From Chlamydiota bacterium (GTDB taxonomy: Bacteria > Auribacterota > Tritonobacteria > UBA1439), in NCBI GenBank assembly GCA_037133055.1, contig JBAXOY010000076.1:1-15277 (forward strand): a stretch of DNA of 15,277 nt, in the 5' to 3' direction. The position numbers and the translations under genes are program-made. Below the pieces are notes generated by a model that searched no databases, was not told where the DNA came from, and was given only the letters and a program-made list of their open reading frames with translations. Positions 5,892 through 14,459 of the stretch are shown piece by piece (positions within the stretch are counted from its first letter, which is position 1; each line of letters opens with the position of its first letter).

Positions 5892-7753
5892 GGAATGACG
5901 CCCCGTCGAGGGGCTATGCGGAAGTCCTTTACGCCGCCGCGCTTTTCAGTTTCACGCTGCTCTTCTTCGCGCCGCTGGTGATCTACTATCTCAATGCCGA
6001 GGAATTCCCCTTCGTCGCTCCCGGGATCGTGCCGTACCTGATCGCCCTGTCCCTCGGGTGCACCTACATCCCTTCGTTCTATCTCCTCATCCTGCCCGCG
6101 GCATTCCGGCGGAGGGCTGTCAGCCTCCTCATCGCATTCTCGTTTCTTCTCTGGCTGCAGGGAAATATCTTCACCTGGAGGTACGGCCCCCTTAACGGAA
6201 CGGAGATCCCGTGGGGGACGCTCAACGGGCTGGCCGTGAGAGACGGTGTCATATGGGGTGCGGTGTGCGCCGCCGCGCTCCTCGGGTATCGCTTCATCTT
6301 CCGGTTCGCACGACGGCTGATCGCGGCCATCGTTGCGGTGCAGGTGATTGGGCTCATGTATCTTATCCTCCAGGCCCCTGAAGAGGCTAATTTCAAGCGG
6401 TACCGCGCCGACGAGAAGCAGTTCTTCAACTTCTCCCCCGATGGGAACGTTGTGATGCTGCTGCTCGACTCGTTTCAGAGCAACGTGTTCGATTATGTCG
6501 TGCGGGGAGACCGCTCCCTCCGGCGCACCTTCGACGGCTTCACCTTTTTCCGGAACACGGTCGGGGGGTATCCCGAAACACACTCCGCCATGCCGCTGAT
6601 AATGACGGGACGGTACATGGACAACGCGATCCCGTACCGGAAATACATACGGGAGGCCTATTCCCACTCCCTGCCCGGTGTCCTGAATCGCAATGGATAC
6701 CAGTTCCATCTGCAGGATACCTGGTTTTACGGCCTCGATGTGAGTCTGGCCTCGAACGTGACCCCGCGCCCCCGTGCGACGCCGGTTGATGCGCGCTCGC
6801 TCGCGCGCCTGTACGACGCCGCGCTGCTCCGGTACCTGCCGTATTTCGCCAAAAAGCATGTCTGGCGCGACAGCATGGGAATCCTGGAAAGACGCGCGGT
6901 CGAGGATGCTCGCGCGCATGCTGACTCCGGCGGGGAGGACGCAGGCGACACTACGGAATCAAACATGGAACTGCTCCATCGATTAATTTCGAGGATGGAC
7001 ACCCGATGCTCGAGCCGCACGTTCAAGTACTTCTACTTCAACGGAGTCCACCCTCCGTTCCAGCTCAACGAGAAATGCGAGTACGAGCCGATGCCCGAGA
7101 CCGCTGAATCGTATGAGCGGCAGGCGAAGGGACTGCTCTGTATCGTCGGGAAATTTCTGGATCTGCTCAAGAAACACGACGTGTACGACAAGTCCCTCAT
7201 CATCATCCTGGGAGATCACGGGGTGAGATACCCTTTCCCGTTGTCGCCAGATATGCTCGAACGCTGCGCACGACCGGGGGGCGCGGAGGCGGGGGGATTA
7301 CTCCGGCGCGTCCTGTCACGGATGTTCGGTCAACCGCGATCCTGGAAATCGGGGCCCCCTGTCAACACCGGCGGGTTCCGGGAAGATATCATGGCGCGGG
7401 GGTCGCCGCTGCTGCTGATCAAGCCCCCGCGATCCGCAGGCAGAATGCGCATCAGCGACGCGCCCGTATGCCACGGCGACATCCCGGCGACCATCGTCTC
7501 CGAGCTGGGGCTTCAATCCGACTTCCCCGGGCAATCGATGTTTGCCGTGGCGGAATCGGAGACACGCGTGAGAAACTTTTATTACTGGGTTTTCAGCGGC
7601 CGGTGGGAAAAAGGGTTCGCCCCCATTCTGCGTGAGTACGCCGTGAAGGGATTTGCCTGGTGCCCGGATTCCTGGAGCGCCACCGGCTACCTGCTGTCCC
7701 CGGGAAAGGGGCGCATTGCGGATAAGGGCGGGGGCCCGGTCACCGCGCCCTGA
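5888..7753 (+). CDS. Membrane-anchored alkaline-phosphatase-superfamily (LtaS/sulfatase-like) phospho-transferase, copy 1 (621 aa)
   Basis: GAGGTGA RBS at 5877-5883. About five N-terminal hydrophobic helices. NVVMLLLDSFQS, GYPETHSAMPLIMTG (Thr at the nucleophile position), GVHPPF and IIILGDHG metal-ligand motifs. Confidence 0.85.
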   Translation: MRNDAPSRGYAEVLYAAALFSFTLLFFAPLVIYYLNAEEFPFVAPGIVPYLIALSLGCTYIPSFYLLILPAAFRRRAVSLLIAFSFLLWLQGNIFTWRYGPLNGTEIPWGTLNGLAVRDGVIWGAVCAAALLGYRFIFRFARRLIAAIVAVQVIGLMYLILQAPEEANFKRYRADEKQFFNFSPDGNVVMLLLDSFQSNVFDYVVRGDRSLRRTFDGFTFFRNTVGGYPETHSAMPLIMTGRYMDNAIPYRKYIREAYSHSLPGVLNRNGYQFHLQDTWFYGLDVSLASNVTPRPRATPVDARSLARLYDAALLRYLPYFAKKHVWRDSMGILERRAVEDARAHADSGGEDAGDTTESNMELLHRLISRMDTRCSSRTFKYFYFNGVHPPFQLNEKCEYEPMPETAESYERQAKGLLCIVGKFLDLLKKHDVYDKSLIIILGDHGVRYPFPLSPDMLERCARPGGAEAGGLLRRVLSRMFGQPRSWKSGPPVNTGGFREDIMARGSPLLLIKPPRSAGRMRISDAPVCHGDIPATIVSELGLQSDFPGQSMFAVAESETRVRNFYYWVFSGRWEKGFAPILREYAVKGFAWCPDSWSATGYLLSPGKGRIADKGGGPVTAP

Positions 7754-7838
7754 TGAAGTTCGCCTCGTATTTCACACCGGCAGCGAAAGAGCGCCTCGCG
7801 GACTCCGGCCGGGTCATCTACGGAATTGAGGTGACGGC

Positions 7839-9704
7839 ATGAGGAATGACGCCCCGTCGAGGGGCTATGCGGAAGTCCTTTACGCCGCCGCGCTTTTCAG
7901 TTTCACGCTGCTCTTCTTCGCGCCGCTGGTGATCTACTATCTCAATGCCGAGGAATTCCCCTTCGTCGCTCCCGGGATCGTGCCGTACCTGATCGCCCTG
8001 TCCCTCGGGTGCACCTACATCCCTTCGTTCTATCTCCTCATCCTGCCCGCGGCATTCCGGCGGAGGGCTGTCAGCCTCCTCATCGCATTCTCGTTTCTTC
8101 TCTGGCTGCAGGGAAATATCTTCACCTGGAGGTACGGCCCCCTTAACGGAACGGAGATCCCGTGGGGGACGCTCAACGGGCTGGCCGTGAGAGACGGTGT
8201 CATATGGGGTGCGGTGTGCGCCGCCGCGCTCCTCGGGTATCGCTTCATCTTCCGGTTCGCACGACGGCTGATCGCGGCCATCGTTGCGGTGCAGGTGATT
8301 GGGCTCATGTATCTTATCCTCCAGGCCCCTGAAGAGGCTAATTTCAAGCGGTACCGCGCCGACGAGAAGCAGTTCTTCAACTTCTCCCCCGATGGGAACG
8401 TTGTGATGCTGCTGCTCGACTCGTTTCAGAGCAACGTGTTCGATTATGTCGTGCGGGGAGACCGCTCCCTCCGGCGCACCTTCGACGGCTTCACCTTTTT
8501 CCGGAACACGGTCGGGGGGTATCCCGAAACACACTCCGCCATGCCGCTGATAATGACGGGACGGTACATGGACAACGCGATCCCGTACCGGAAATACATA
8601 CGGGAGGCCTATTCCCACTCCCTGCCCGGTGTCCTGAATCGCAATGGATACCAGTTCCATCTGCAGGATACCTGGTTTTACGGCCTCGATGTGAGTCTGG
8701 CCTCGAACGTGACCCCGCGCCCCCGTGCGACGCCGGTTGATGCGCGCTCGCTCGCGCGCCTGTACGACGCCGCGCTGCTCCGGTACCTGCCGTATTTCGC
8801 CAAAAAGCATGTCTGGCGCGACAGCATGGGAATCCTGGAAAGACGCGCGGTCGAGGATGCTCGCGCGCATGCTGACTCCGGCGGGGAGGACGCAGGCGAC
8901 ACTACGGAATCAAACATGGAACTGCTCCATCGATTAATTTCGAGGATGGACACCCGATGCTCGAGCCGCACGTTCAAGTACTTCTACTTCAACGGAGTCC
9001 ACCCTCCGTTCCAGCTCAACGAGAAATGCGAGTACGAGCCGATGCCCGAGACCGCTGAATCGTATGAGCGGCAGGCGAAGGGACTGCTCTGTATCGTCGG
9101 GAAATTTCTGGATCTGCTCAAGAAACACGACGTGTACGACAAGTCCCTCATCATCATCCTGGGAGATCACGGGGTGAGATACCCTTTCCCGTTGTCGCCA
9201 GATATGCTCGAACGCTGCGCACGACCGGGGGGCGCGGAGGCGGGGGGATTACTCCGGCGCGTCCTGTCACGGATGTTCGGTCAACCGCGATCCTGGAAAT
9301 CGGGGCCCCCTGTCAACACCGGCGGGTTCCGGGAAGATATCATGGCGCGGGGGTCGCCGCTGCTGCTGATCAAGCCCCCGCGATCCGCAGGCAGAATGCG
9401 CATCAGCGACGCGCCCGTATGCCACGGCGACATCCCGGCGACCATCGTCTCCGAGCTGGGGCTTCAATCCGACTTCCCCGGGCAATCGATGTTTGCCGTG
9501 GCGGAATCGGAGACACGCGTGAGAAACTTTTATTACTGGGTTTTCAGCGGCCGGTGGGAAAAAGGGTTCGCCCCCATTCTGCGTGAGTACGCCGTGAAGG
9601 GATTTGCCTGGTGCCCGGATTCCTGGAGCGCCACCGGCTACCTGCTGTCCCCGGGAAAGGGGCGCATTGCGGATAAGGGCGGGGGCCCGGTCACCGCGCC
9701 CTGA
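7839..9704 (+). CDS. Membrane-anchored alkaline-phosphatase-superfamily (LtaS/sulfatase-like) phospho-transferase, copy 2 (621 aa)
   Basis: Translation identical to copy 1. The last 14 nt overlap the 3' end of the convergent DUF3786-like gene. Confidence 0.85.
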   Translation: MRNDAPSRGYAEVLYAAALFSFTLLFFAPLVIYYLNAEEFPFVAPGIVPYLIALSLGCTYIPSFYLLILPAAFRRRAVSLLIAFSFLLWLQGNIFTWRYGPLNGTEIPWGTLNGLAVRDGVIWGAVCAAALLGYRFIFRFARRLIAAIVAVQVIGLMYLILQAPEEANFKRYRADEKQFFNFSPDGNVVMLLLDSFQSNVFDYVVRGDRSLRRTFDGFTFFRNTVGGYPETHSAMPLIMTGRYMDNAIPYRKYIREAYSHSLPGVLNRNGYQFHLQDTWFYGLDVSLASNVTPRPRATPVDARSLARLYDAALLRYLPYFAKKHVWRDSMGILERRAVEDARAHADSGGEDAGDTTESNMELLHRLISRMDTRCSSRTFKYFYFNGVHPPFQLNEKCEYEPMPETAESYERQAKGLLCIVGKFLDLLKKHDVYDKSLIIILGDHGVRYPFPLSPDMLERCARPGGAEAGGLLRRVLSRMFGQPRSWKSGPPVNTGGFREDIMARGSPLLLIKPPRSAGRMRISDAPVCHGDIPATIVSELGLQSDFPGQSMFAVAESETRVRNFYYWVFSGRWEKGFAPILREYAVKGFAWCPDSWSATGYLLSPGKGRIADKGGGPVTAP

Positions 9705-10362
9705 TGAGCCTCCGCGTCAGCGTGCTGCCGAGGATGGCGCAAACATCGGTCGGGAGGTGCCGACCCGCGGAGCTGTCGAAGAGGAGCTTCGCGGAGGCGG
9801 GGAACTCCTCGTCGCCGCGCCAGCAGACGAGAAGGATCGGGACCCTGGGGAGCGCGCGGAACGAGAACGCGAGGTCCCCCTCCGCTTCGCGCCGTCCCCC
9901 GAGTTTCTCCGCGGCGCGTCCGAGCGCGGCGAGGTCGCCGCCGAACACCCGCGCGAGCATCTCACCCGTGTAGCCCTGGAATGCCCTGAAGTAGAACGCG
10001 CCGTCGGGGAGTTCGGAGAACGAGATCCGGCGCCCCTCCTCCGGCGAGCCGTCGGTGGTGCGGAGGTAGTAGGCCGTCAGGGCCTGGGTCCCCGGGTCGC
10101 ACTCCTTCCCGGTGGCGGGGTCCCGGGCGACGAAGCCGGGGACTTCGACCGCGACCTCCCGCCCCCAGACCGCGAACCTGATCTCGTACGCGCCTGTGCC
10201 GGCCGGGCAATAGGCGGCCCCCGCGCGCGAGGCGACAGAGGCGGGGTCCATGCCGGCAAGCTCCGCGCGCAGGCCCTCGACGCGCCGCATCAGGCTCCCA
10301 AGCTCTTCGTGGGGTGAGTTCGCCATCGGTTCACGCGCCCCGGGTCCGGAGGGTGAGAACAT
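9691..10362 (-). CDS. DUF3786-like protein
   Basis: ISFSELPDGAFYFRAF and FRALPRVPILLVCWRGDEEFPASAKLLFD match the DUF3786 pattern as I recall it. Start is ATG 10362 or 10326. Confidence 0.8.
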   Translation of the reverse strand: MFSPSGPGAREPMANSPHEELGSLMRRVEGLRAELAGMDPASVASRAGAAYCPAGTGAYEIRFAVWGREVAVEVPGFVARDPATGKECDPGTQALTAYYLRTTDGSPEEGRRISFSELPDGAFYFRAFQGYTGEMLARVFGGDLAALGRAAEKLGGRREAEGDLAFSFRALPRVPILLVCWRGDEEFPASAKLLFDSSAGRHLPTDVCAILGSTLTRRLIRAR

Positions 10363-10438
10363 AGCACATCTCTCTTCAGTGCCGCAAGCGGGGGCGGGGA
10401 CCCGAAATGGCGGATAGCATGGAGACCGGATCCACTAT

Positions 10439-10467
10439 TTGAACCACGCCGTTCGAACATGTATACT
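10439..10467 (+). promoter_or_regulatory. Sigma70-type promoter for the GT-C gene
   Basis: TTGAAC (10439-10444), 17-bp spacer, TATACT (10462-10467). The ATG follows 7 nt later. Confidence 0.65.
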
Positions 10468-10474
10468 ATCGGCA

Positions 10475-12034
10475 ATGACCAGGAAAGAGAAAATCACCCT
10501 TCTAATGCTTCTTGCCCTCGCGGCGGGGCTCAGGTTCCACCATCTCGATAAAAACAGTCTCTGGTATGATGAGGCGATAACCGCCATCGCCGCCCGGGGA
10601 GGAATGGCGGGGGTTATACAGCACCTCACCTCGGAGGGGGGTTACCACCCCCCCCTCGACTATCTTCTCGTGAGCCTGTCGCTCTCGATACATCAGAGCG
10701 ATTTCTTCGAACGGCTCCCCTCCGCGATCGAGGGAATCGCGGGGGTGTTCCTCTCGTTTTGTTTCGGCAGGGCACTGTGGGGAACCCGGTTCGGGCTGGC
10801 TCTCTGCCTGTGCATGGCCGTCAGCCCGGCGCACGTCGCCTACTCCCAGGAGGGGCGGATCTACTCTCTTTTCACGACGACCTCCCTCGCCGCGAGCTAT
10901 TTCCTCGTCAGGGCGATCCAGGCGGGCCGATCGCGTTTCTGGGTTGCCTATGCCGCGGCGCTCGGGCTCTGTCTGTACTCGCACTGCTACGCCTTCTACA
11001 TCGTGATCGCGCATTGCACGGCTCTTCTGCTCTCCGCCCTGTCCAAAGGTCCGCGCAATGCCGGCGATACCACGCTCCCCGGCTGGAGGATATTCTGGGT
11101 ATGGGTGCTCGCCGCATCGGCAGCGTGTTTCCTCTACCTCCCGTGGCTTGCCTACCAGGTCGCCAAGACGTTCCAGTACGTCGAGGGCACCGTACTGGCG
11201 CCGATCTCGGCGGCATCCCCCCGCAGCCCGAACAAGCTGCTCGGCTTTTTTAATTTCATGCTCTGGGGATGGGCCATCAATCCCTGGACCGGCTGGGCGC
11301 CCCGATTTTATGCGCACCATCTCGTCTCGTGCATATTTGTGTACCCTCTTATGATCCTCGGCTTCATGCGCGGATGGACGGCGCAGCGATGGAAGGTCAT
11401 CCTGCTCGCCTGTTGCGGGATCCTCCCGCATCTTCTTCTCTACTGCGCGGTTTCGCTCAAACCCGGATTCCCCTGGAATCCCCAGTATCTGCTTCCCACA
11501 CTCCCCTACTACATGGCGCTCACGCTCGCCGGCATATTTTCCCTGCGCGCGATCCCCGGACTGCGGCCTCGCGCGGCTCTCTATGCCACGGCGGCCTGTT
11601 TATGGGCCCTGCTGTGTATAGAACTGCTCTCAATCACGCACTATTTTCAGAACTACCGGAAGGAAAATTGGCGGATGATCGGGGACACGCTCAAGTCGAT
11701 GAGCCTCCCCGGGGACGGATTCGTAGTGTTCCTGAGTCACCTGCAATCTGCTGTTGCCTGGTATTACAATGCCCCGCTGGAGTGGTACGAACTTGACGAT
11801 GAACGTATGTTTTTCCCCTCCTCCCTTGAAAATTCGTTCCGCCATCCAAGACTGTGGCTGCTCATGGGGCACATTTGGGACACTCCGCAATGGGTCCCCT
11901 ACAGGAAATTCACGAGGGAAAAAATCGAAGAGCGCTACCTCAGAGTCTCGCAGTGGCATTGCGGGTCGGACATCGAGCTCTTCCTTTACGAACGGAAGGC
12001 GTCTCCTCCCGCCCGGGGCGGCGTGCTGCGGTGA
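10475..12034 (+). CDS. GT-C fold integral-membrane glycosyltransferase (GT39/PMT_2, ArnT-like), 519 aa
   Basis: LRF...SLWYDE after the first TM helix, HPPLDY, ERLPS, YSQEGRIYSL, about 11-13 hydrophobic segments, KENWR before a soluble C-terminal domain. Confidence 0.85.
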   Translation: MTRKEKITLLMLLALAAGLRFHHLDKNSLWYDEAITAIAARGGMAGVIQHLTSEGGYHPPLDYLLVSLSLSIHQSDFFERLPSAIEGIAGVFLSFCFGRALWGTRFGLALCLCMAVSPAHVAYSQEGRIYSLFTTTSLAASYFLVRAIQAGRSRFWVAYAAALGLCLYSHCYAFYIVIAHCTALLLSALSKGPRNAGDTTLPGWRIFWVWVLAASAACFLYLPWLAYQVAKTFQYVEGTVLAPISAASPRSPNKLLGFFNFMLWGWAINPWTGWAPRFYAHHLVSCIFVYPLMILGFMRGWTAQRWKVILLACCGILPHLLLYCAVSLKPGFPWNPQYLLPTLPYYMALTLAGIFSLRAIPGLRPRAALYATAACLWALLCIELLSITHYFQNYRKENWRMIGDTLKSMSLPGDGFVVFLSHLQSAVAWYYNAPLEWYELDDERMFFPSSLENSFRHPRLWLLMGHIWDTPQWVPYRKFTREKIEERYLRVSQWHCGSDIELFLYERKASPPARGGVLR

Positions 12035-12191
12035 ATGTGGAATCTGTTCCGCCGCTGAGGAATACGGCGGCCCTTCCGCGCGCGAGCGCGGCGTCGCAAT
12101 GGGCCGTGTCGCGCGGGAGAACAAGATCACGAACCCGAACAGGGGTGAAGGCCGCCGCCGTGATCTATCTCTCGCGCCAGTGACGCCGGCG

Positions 12192-12262
12192 TCGCGCGCG
12201 CGGCGAGCGCCGCGGGTTCCATTCCGGCAAGCTCCGCGCGCAGCCCCTTGACGCGCCCCATC
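12192..12262 (-). pseudogene. Degenerate copy of the 5' part of the DUF3786-like gene
   Basis: 12212-12262 matches 10241-10291 at 46/51 nt. Translation MGRVKGLRAELAGMEPAALAARA versus MRRVEGLRAELAGMDPASVASRA. Confidence 0.8.
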
Positions 12263-12305
12263 GGATGGGCTGAAGATTTCGCCGGAGATTTCAGCAACCA
12301 ATCCA

Positions 12306-12334
12306 TTGCCGGATACCTGGCTGTTTAGTATAGT
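12306..12334 (+). promoter_or_regulatory. Sigma70-type promoter for the methyltransferase pair
   Basis: TTGCCG (12306-12311), 17-bp spacer, TATAGT (12329-12334). Confidence 0.55.
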
Positions 12335-12380
12335 CCGTCTGAAAGAGGTGTACCCTATCCCGGCAATGGAAGGATCATTC

Positions 12381-13007
12381 GTGGGAAAAAGCCCCTACTA
12401 CTTGGAATATTTGCAGACAACCGACCGATTTCCTCAATCCGTATACCACAGGGCAAAACACGACATGGTTCGGCAGGTTTTCAGGTCCCTTGAACCCGCC
12501 TCTCTGGTGCTGGATGCCGGCTGCGGCGTAGGCCATGTGACCGCCCGATATTGCGCCGAGTATCGGGTTATCGGGATAGATGAGCAGCTATCGGCCTTGC
12601 AACAATGCCTGCTGCGCTGCAAGGGACGATACGCTCAGTCGAGCCTCTACCGCCTGCCGCTTCGCGATAACGTCTTTGACGCGATACTATTCCTCGATGC
12701 CATAGAACACCTCACCCACCCGGTTATCGTGCTCAAGGAACTGGCCAGAGTGCTGAAACCGGAGGGCGTAATACTCATCTGCACCATGAATTACGAAAGC
12801 CCCCTATGGTTCATCCTTGAACACACGTGGCACAGATTTTTCGGCGGGCCGTGCAAACCGTATTCCAAGGATGTGCACCCGACACGATATACGGAGAGAT
12901 TGCTGAGAGAACACGGCCAGACTTCTTTTCAGGAAGTCTATCTGCAGAAACGCGTAATGAACATGGAGCTCTTCTACCTTGGCAAAAAGACACATGAAGT
13001 TAAATAG
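12381..13007 (+). CDS. Class I SAM-dependent methyltransferase (Methyltransf_11-like)
   Basis: VLDAGCGVG motif I, VIGID, LPLRDNVFDAI, IEHL..P..VLKELARVLKPEG. GGAAGGA precedes GTG 12381; ATG 12366 is an alternative start. Confidence 0.88.
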   Translation: MGKSPYYLEYLQTTDRFPQSVYHRAKHDMVRQVFRSLEPASLVLDAGCGVGHVTARYCAEYRVIGIDEQLSALQQCLLRCKGRYAQSSLYRLPLRDNVFDAILFLDAIEHLTHPVIVLKELARVLKPEGVILICTMNYESPLWFILEHTWHRFFGGPCKPYSKDVHPTRYTERLLREHGQTSFQEVYLQKRVMNMELFYLGKKTHEVK

Positions 13008-13992
13008 CGCAGGCCGGTCACGGAATCAGAATACGTGCCATCTCATACGCAACGGCACCGTATGCGTCCACGAGCATAAAAATGAGCTCCATAACTATCA
13101 CGGCAGGTGCATATACACGTGCGATACGTGCGGACTGATTTTTGCCGATAGCCTCATAGCCGGCCTGGACCCGACAAGCACCTATGCGAATTTTTATAAG
13201 CACGGATCCGGCGCCAGATTCAATTTTGGCCTAGAGGCAGTTATAAGACTTTTTCGTTTTTGGCGCGCCTTCAAGATATTCACTATCAACCCCAGAGCCA
13301 CGAAGATGCTGGATATCGGAAGCGGCAGAGGGTTTACGCTGTATTATCTTAAAAAATATTATGGCTACGCGCGGGCGGTCGGCACACAGATATCCAAAAA
13401 TGCCTACGAATTCTCACGGACAAAACTCGGGCTCGAAATCTATAACGGAGACCTTCTGGGGCTGCGGCTGGAGGATAAAAGCTTTGACATCATAACCATG
13501 TGGCATGTTCTGGAACACGTCCTCAAGCCGGAGGAATATGTCAAAAGGATATCGGAATTGCTGTCGGATAACGGCATGGTCCTGATAGAGGTGCCGAACT
13601 TTGATTCCTGGACGCGTAAAATAACCGGCGAATACTGGCTGGGTCTCGATCTGGAGCACCACGTGACGTTCTTTACGCCGGATACGCTTGTCAGTTTGCT
13701 TGAAAAATACGGTTTCAAAATACGGAAAATCCACACTTTTTCGTTGGAATATTCGGCATTCATATCGGCGCAAAGCATCGTCAGTGTAGTGACGGAATCG
13801 GACCAGCTTTTCTTCAACTATACGCAAACCGGCGACCGCGCCAAAGTGCGCATAAGCCATATAGCTCTTCTGGCTCTCCTCGTCCCGATCTGCCTTGTGA
13901 TAAATATCCTGCTATTCTTTTCCAAAAGAGGCGAGGTGCTTCTGGTTGTAGCAGAGAAGACATGCAACGCACAGAGGATGGGTGGGCAATAG
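12994..13992 (+). CDS. Class I SAM-dependent methyltransferase (Methyltransf_23-like) with N-terminal Cys motif, of the type found in surface-polysaccharide loci
   Basis: ATG 12994 overlaps the end of the upstream gene. CDTCGL, LDIGSGRG, FDIITMWHVLEHV, IEVPN, EHHVTFFTPDTLVSLLEKYGF, C-terminal hydrophobic segment. Visibly AT-richer than the flanks. Confidence 0.88.
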   Translation: MKLNSAGRSRNQNTCHLIRNGTVCVHEHKNELHNYHGRCIYTCDTCGLIFADSLIAGLDPTSTYANFYKHGSGARFNFGLEAVIRLFRFWRAFKIFTINPRATKMLDIGSGRGFTLYYLKKYYGYARAVGTQISKNAYEFSRTKLGLEIYNGDLLGLRLEDKSFDIITMWHVLEHVLKPEEYVKRISELLSDNGMVLIEVPNFDSWTRKITGEYWLGLDLEHHVTFFTPDTLVSLLEKYGFKIRKIHTFSLEYSAFISAQSIVSVVTESDQLFFNYTQTGDRAKVRISHIALLALLVPICLVINILLFFSKRGEVLLVVAEKTCNAQRMGGQ

Positions 13993-14005
13993 GCTTCTCC
14001 TTTGA

Positions 14006-14076
14006 GGGGGGCATCTTTTTCCGGATATCATTCCCGCAAAAGCGGGAATCCGGCGTTACACGCTTCAACGCCGGGA
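14006..14076. repeat. REP-like palindromic element, copy B (inverted relative to 8-100)
   Basis: TCATTCCCGCAAAAGCGGGAATCC hairpin followed by CCGGCGTT-ACACGCTTC-AACGCCGG hairpin, directly after the methyltransferase stop. Confidence 0.85.
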
Positions 14077-14141
14077 TGACAGAATAGAGTACAACTTTCT
14101 CAGCCCCATCTTCTCCTTGATCCAGGCAACCAAAAAAGCTA

Positions 14142-14170
14142 TTGACACTCCCCCCACCCTGCGGTAAAGT
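14142..14170 (+). promoter_or_regulatory. Sigma70-type promoter for the small lipoprotein gene
   Basis: Consensus TTGACA (14142-14147), 17-bp spacer, TAAAGT (14165-14170); A-tract upstream of the -35. Confidence 0.7.
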
Positions 14171-14214
14171 TAGCACAGAATAAACGCCGCGCGATGTCAC
14201 CCCGGGAGGGCACA

Positions 14215-14433
14215 ATGGCAAAGAAATCGGCGCTCGTCACGTTCATCTTTATTGCCATTATCGTTTCGTTTGCCGGCTGCCGCGCCTACGGGTACCGGCC
14301 CGAGTTCGGGGGCGGTCCTCACGTGGACGGCACCCCGGAAATGACTTTCCCGCTCTTCCTGAGCCACCGGCCGCTGCCGCAGGAAGAGCTCAAGCAGGTC
14401 TATCCCCCCGAGAACAACATCTCCACAAAATAG
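14215..14433 (+). CDS. Small lipoprotein of unknown function (72 aa)
   Basis: GGGAGG RBS at 14204-14209. MAKK + hydrophobic stretch + lipobox FAG-C22. Has its own promoter and terminator. Confidence 0.8.
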   Translation: MAKKSALVTFIFIAIIVSFAGCRAYGYRPEFGGGPHVDGTPEMTFPLFLSHRPLPQEELKQVYPPENNISTK

Positions 14434-14459
14434 CCCAGGTCCTCGACCGGATGATATCG

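Larger units (their letters stand above)
5806..9707 (+). repeat. Head-to-tail tandem duplication, unit 1951 bp (5806-7756 / 7757-9707)
   Basis: All ORFs of the track in this span, on both strands, recur identically at +1951. I see only two differences (5811/7762 and 5814/7765), both in the first 9 bp of the unit. Confidence 0.97.

Noticed and set aside
5867..6919. 350-aa antisense ORF (and its copy at 7818-8870)
   Set aside because: Lies opposite a well-supported gene and shows no recognisable motifs.
5888..7753. Calling the duplicated gene a true arylsulfatase
   Set aside because: No C/S-x-P-x-R formylglycine motif; Thr at the nucleophile position and N-terminal TM helices fit LtaS/EptA-like transferases better.
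11630..12301. 223-aa minus-strand ORF
   Set aside because: Overlaps the GT-C gene by about 400 nt and is Arg/Ala low-complexity; the real homology signal here is in another frame (DUF3786 remnant).
14170..14178. TTAGCACAG as a CIRCE (HrcA) operator
   Set aside because: Only a partial half-site; no inverted GAGTGCTAA nine bases downstream.
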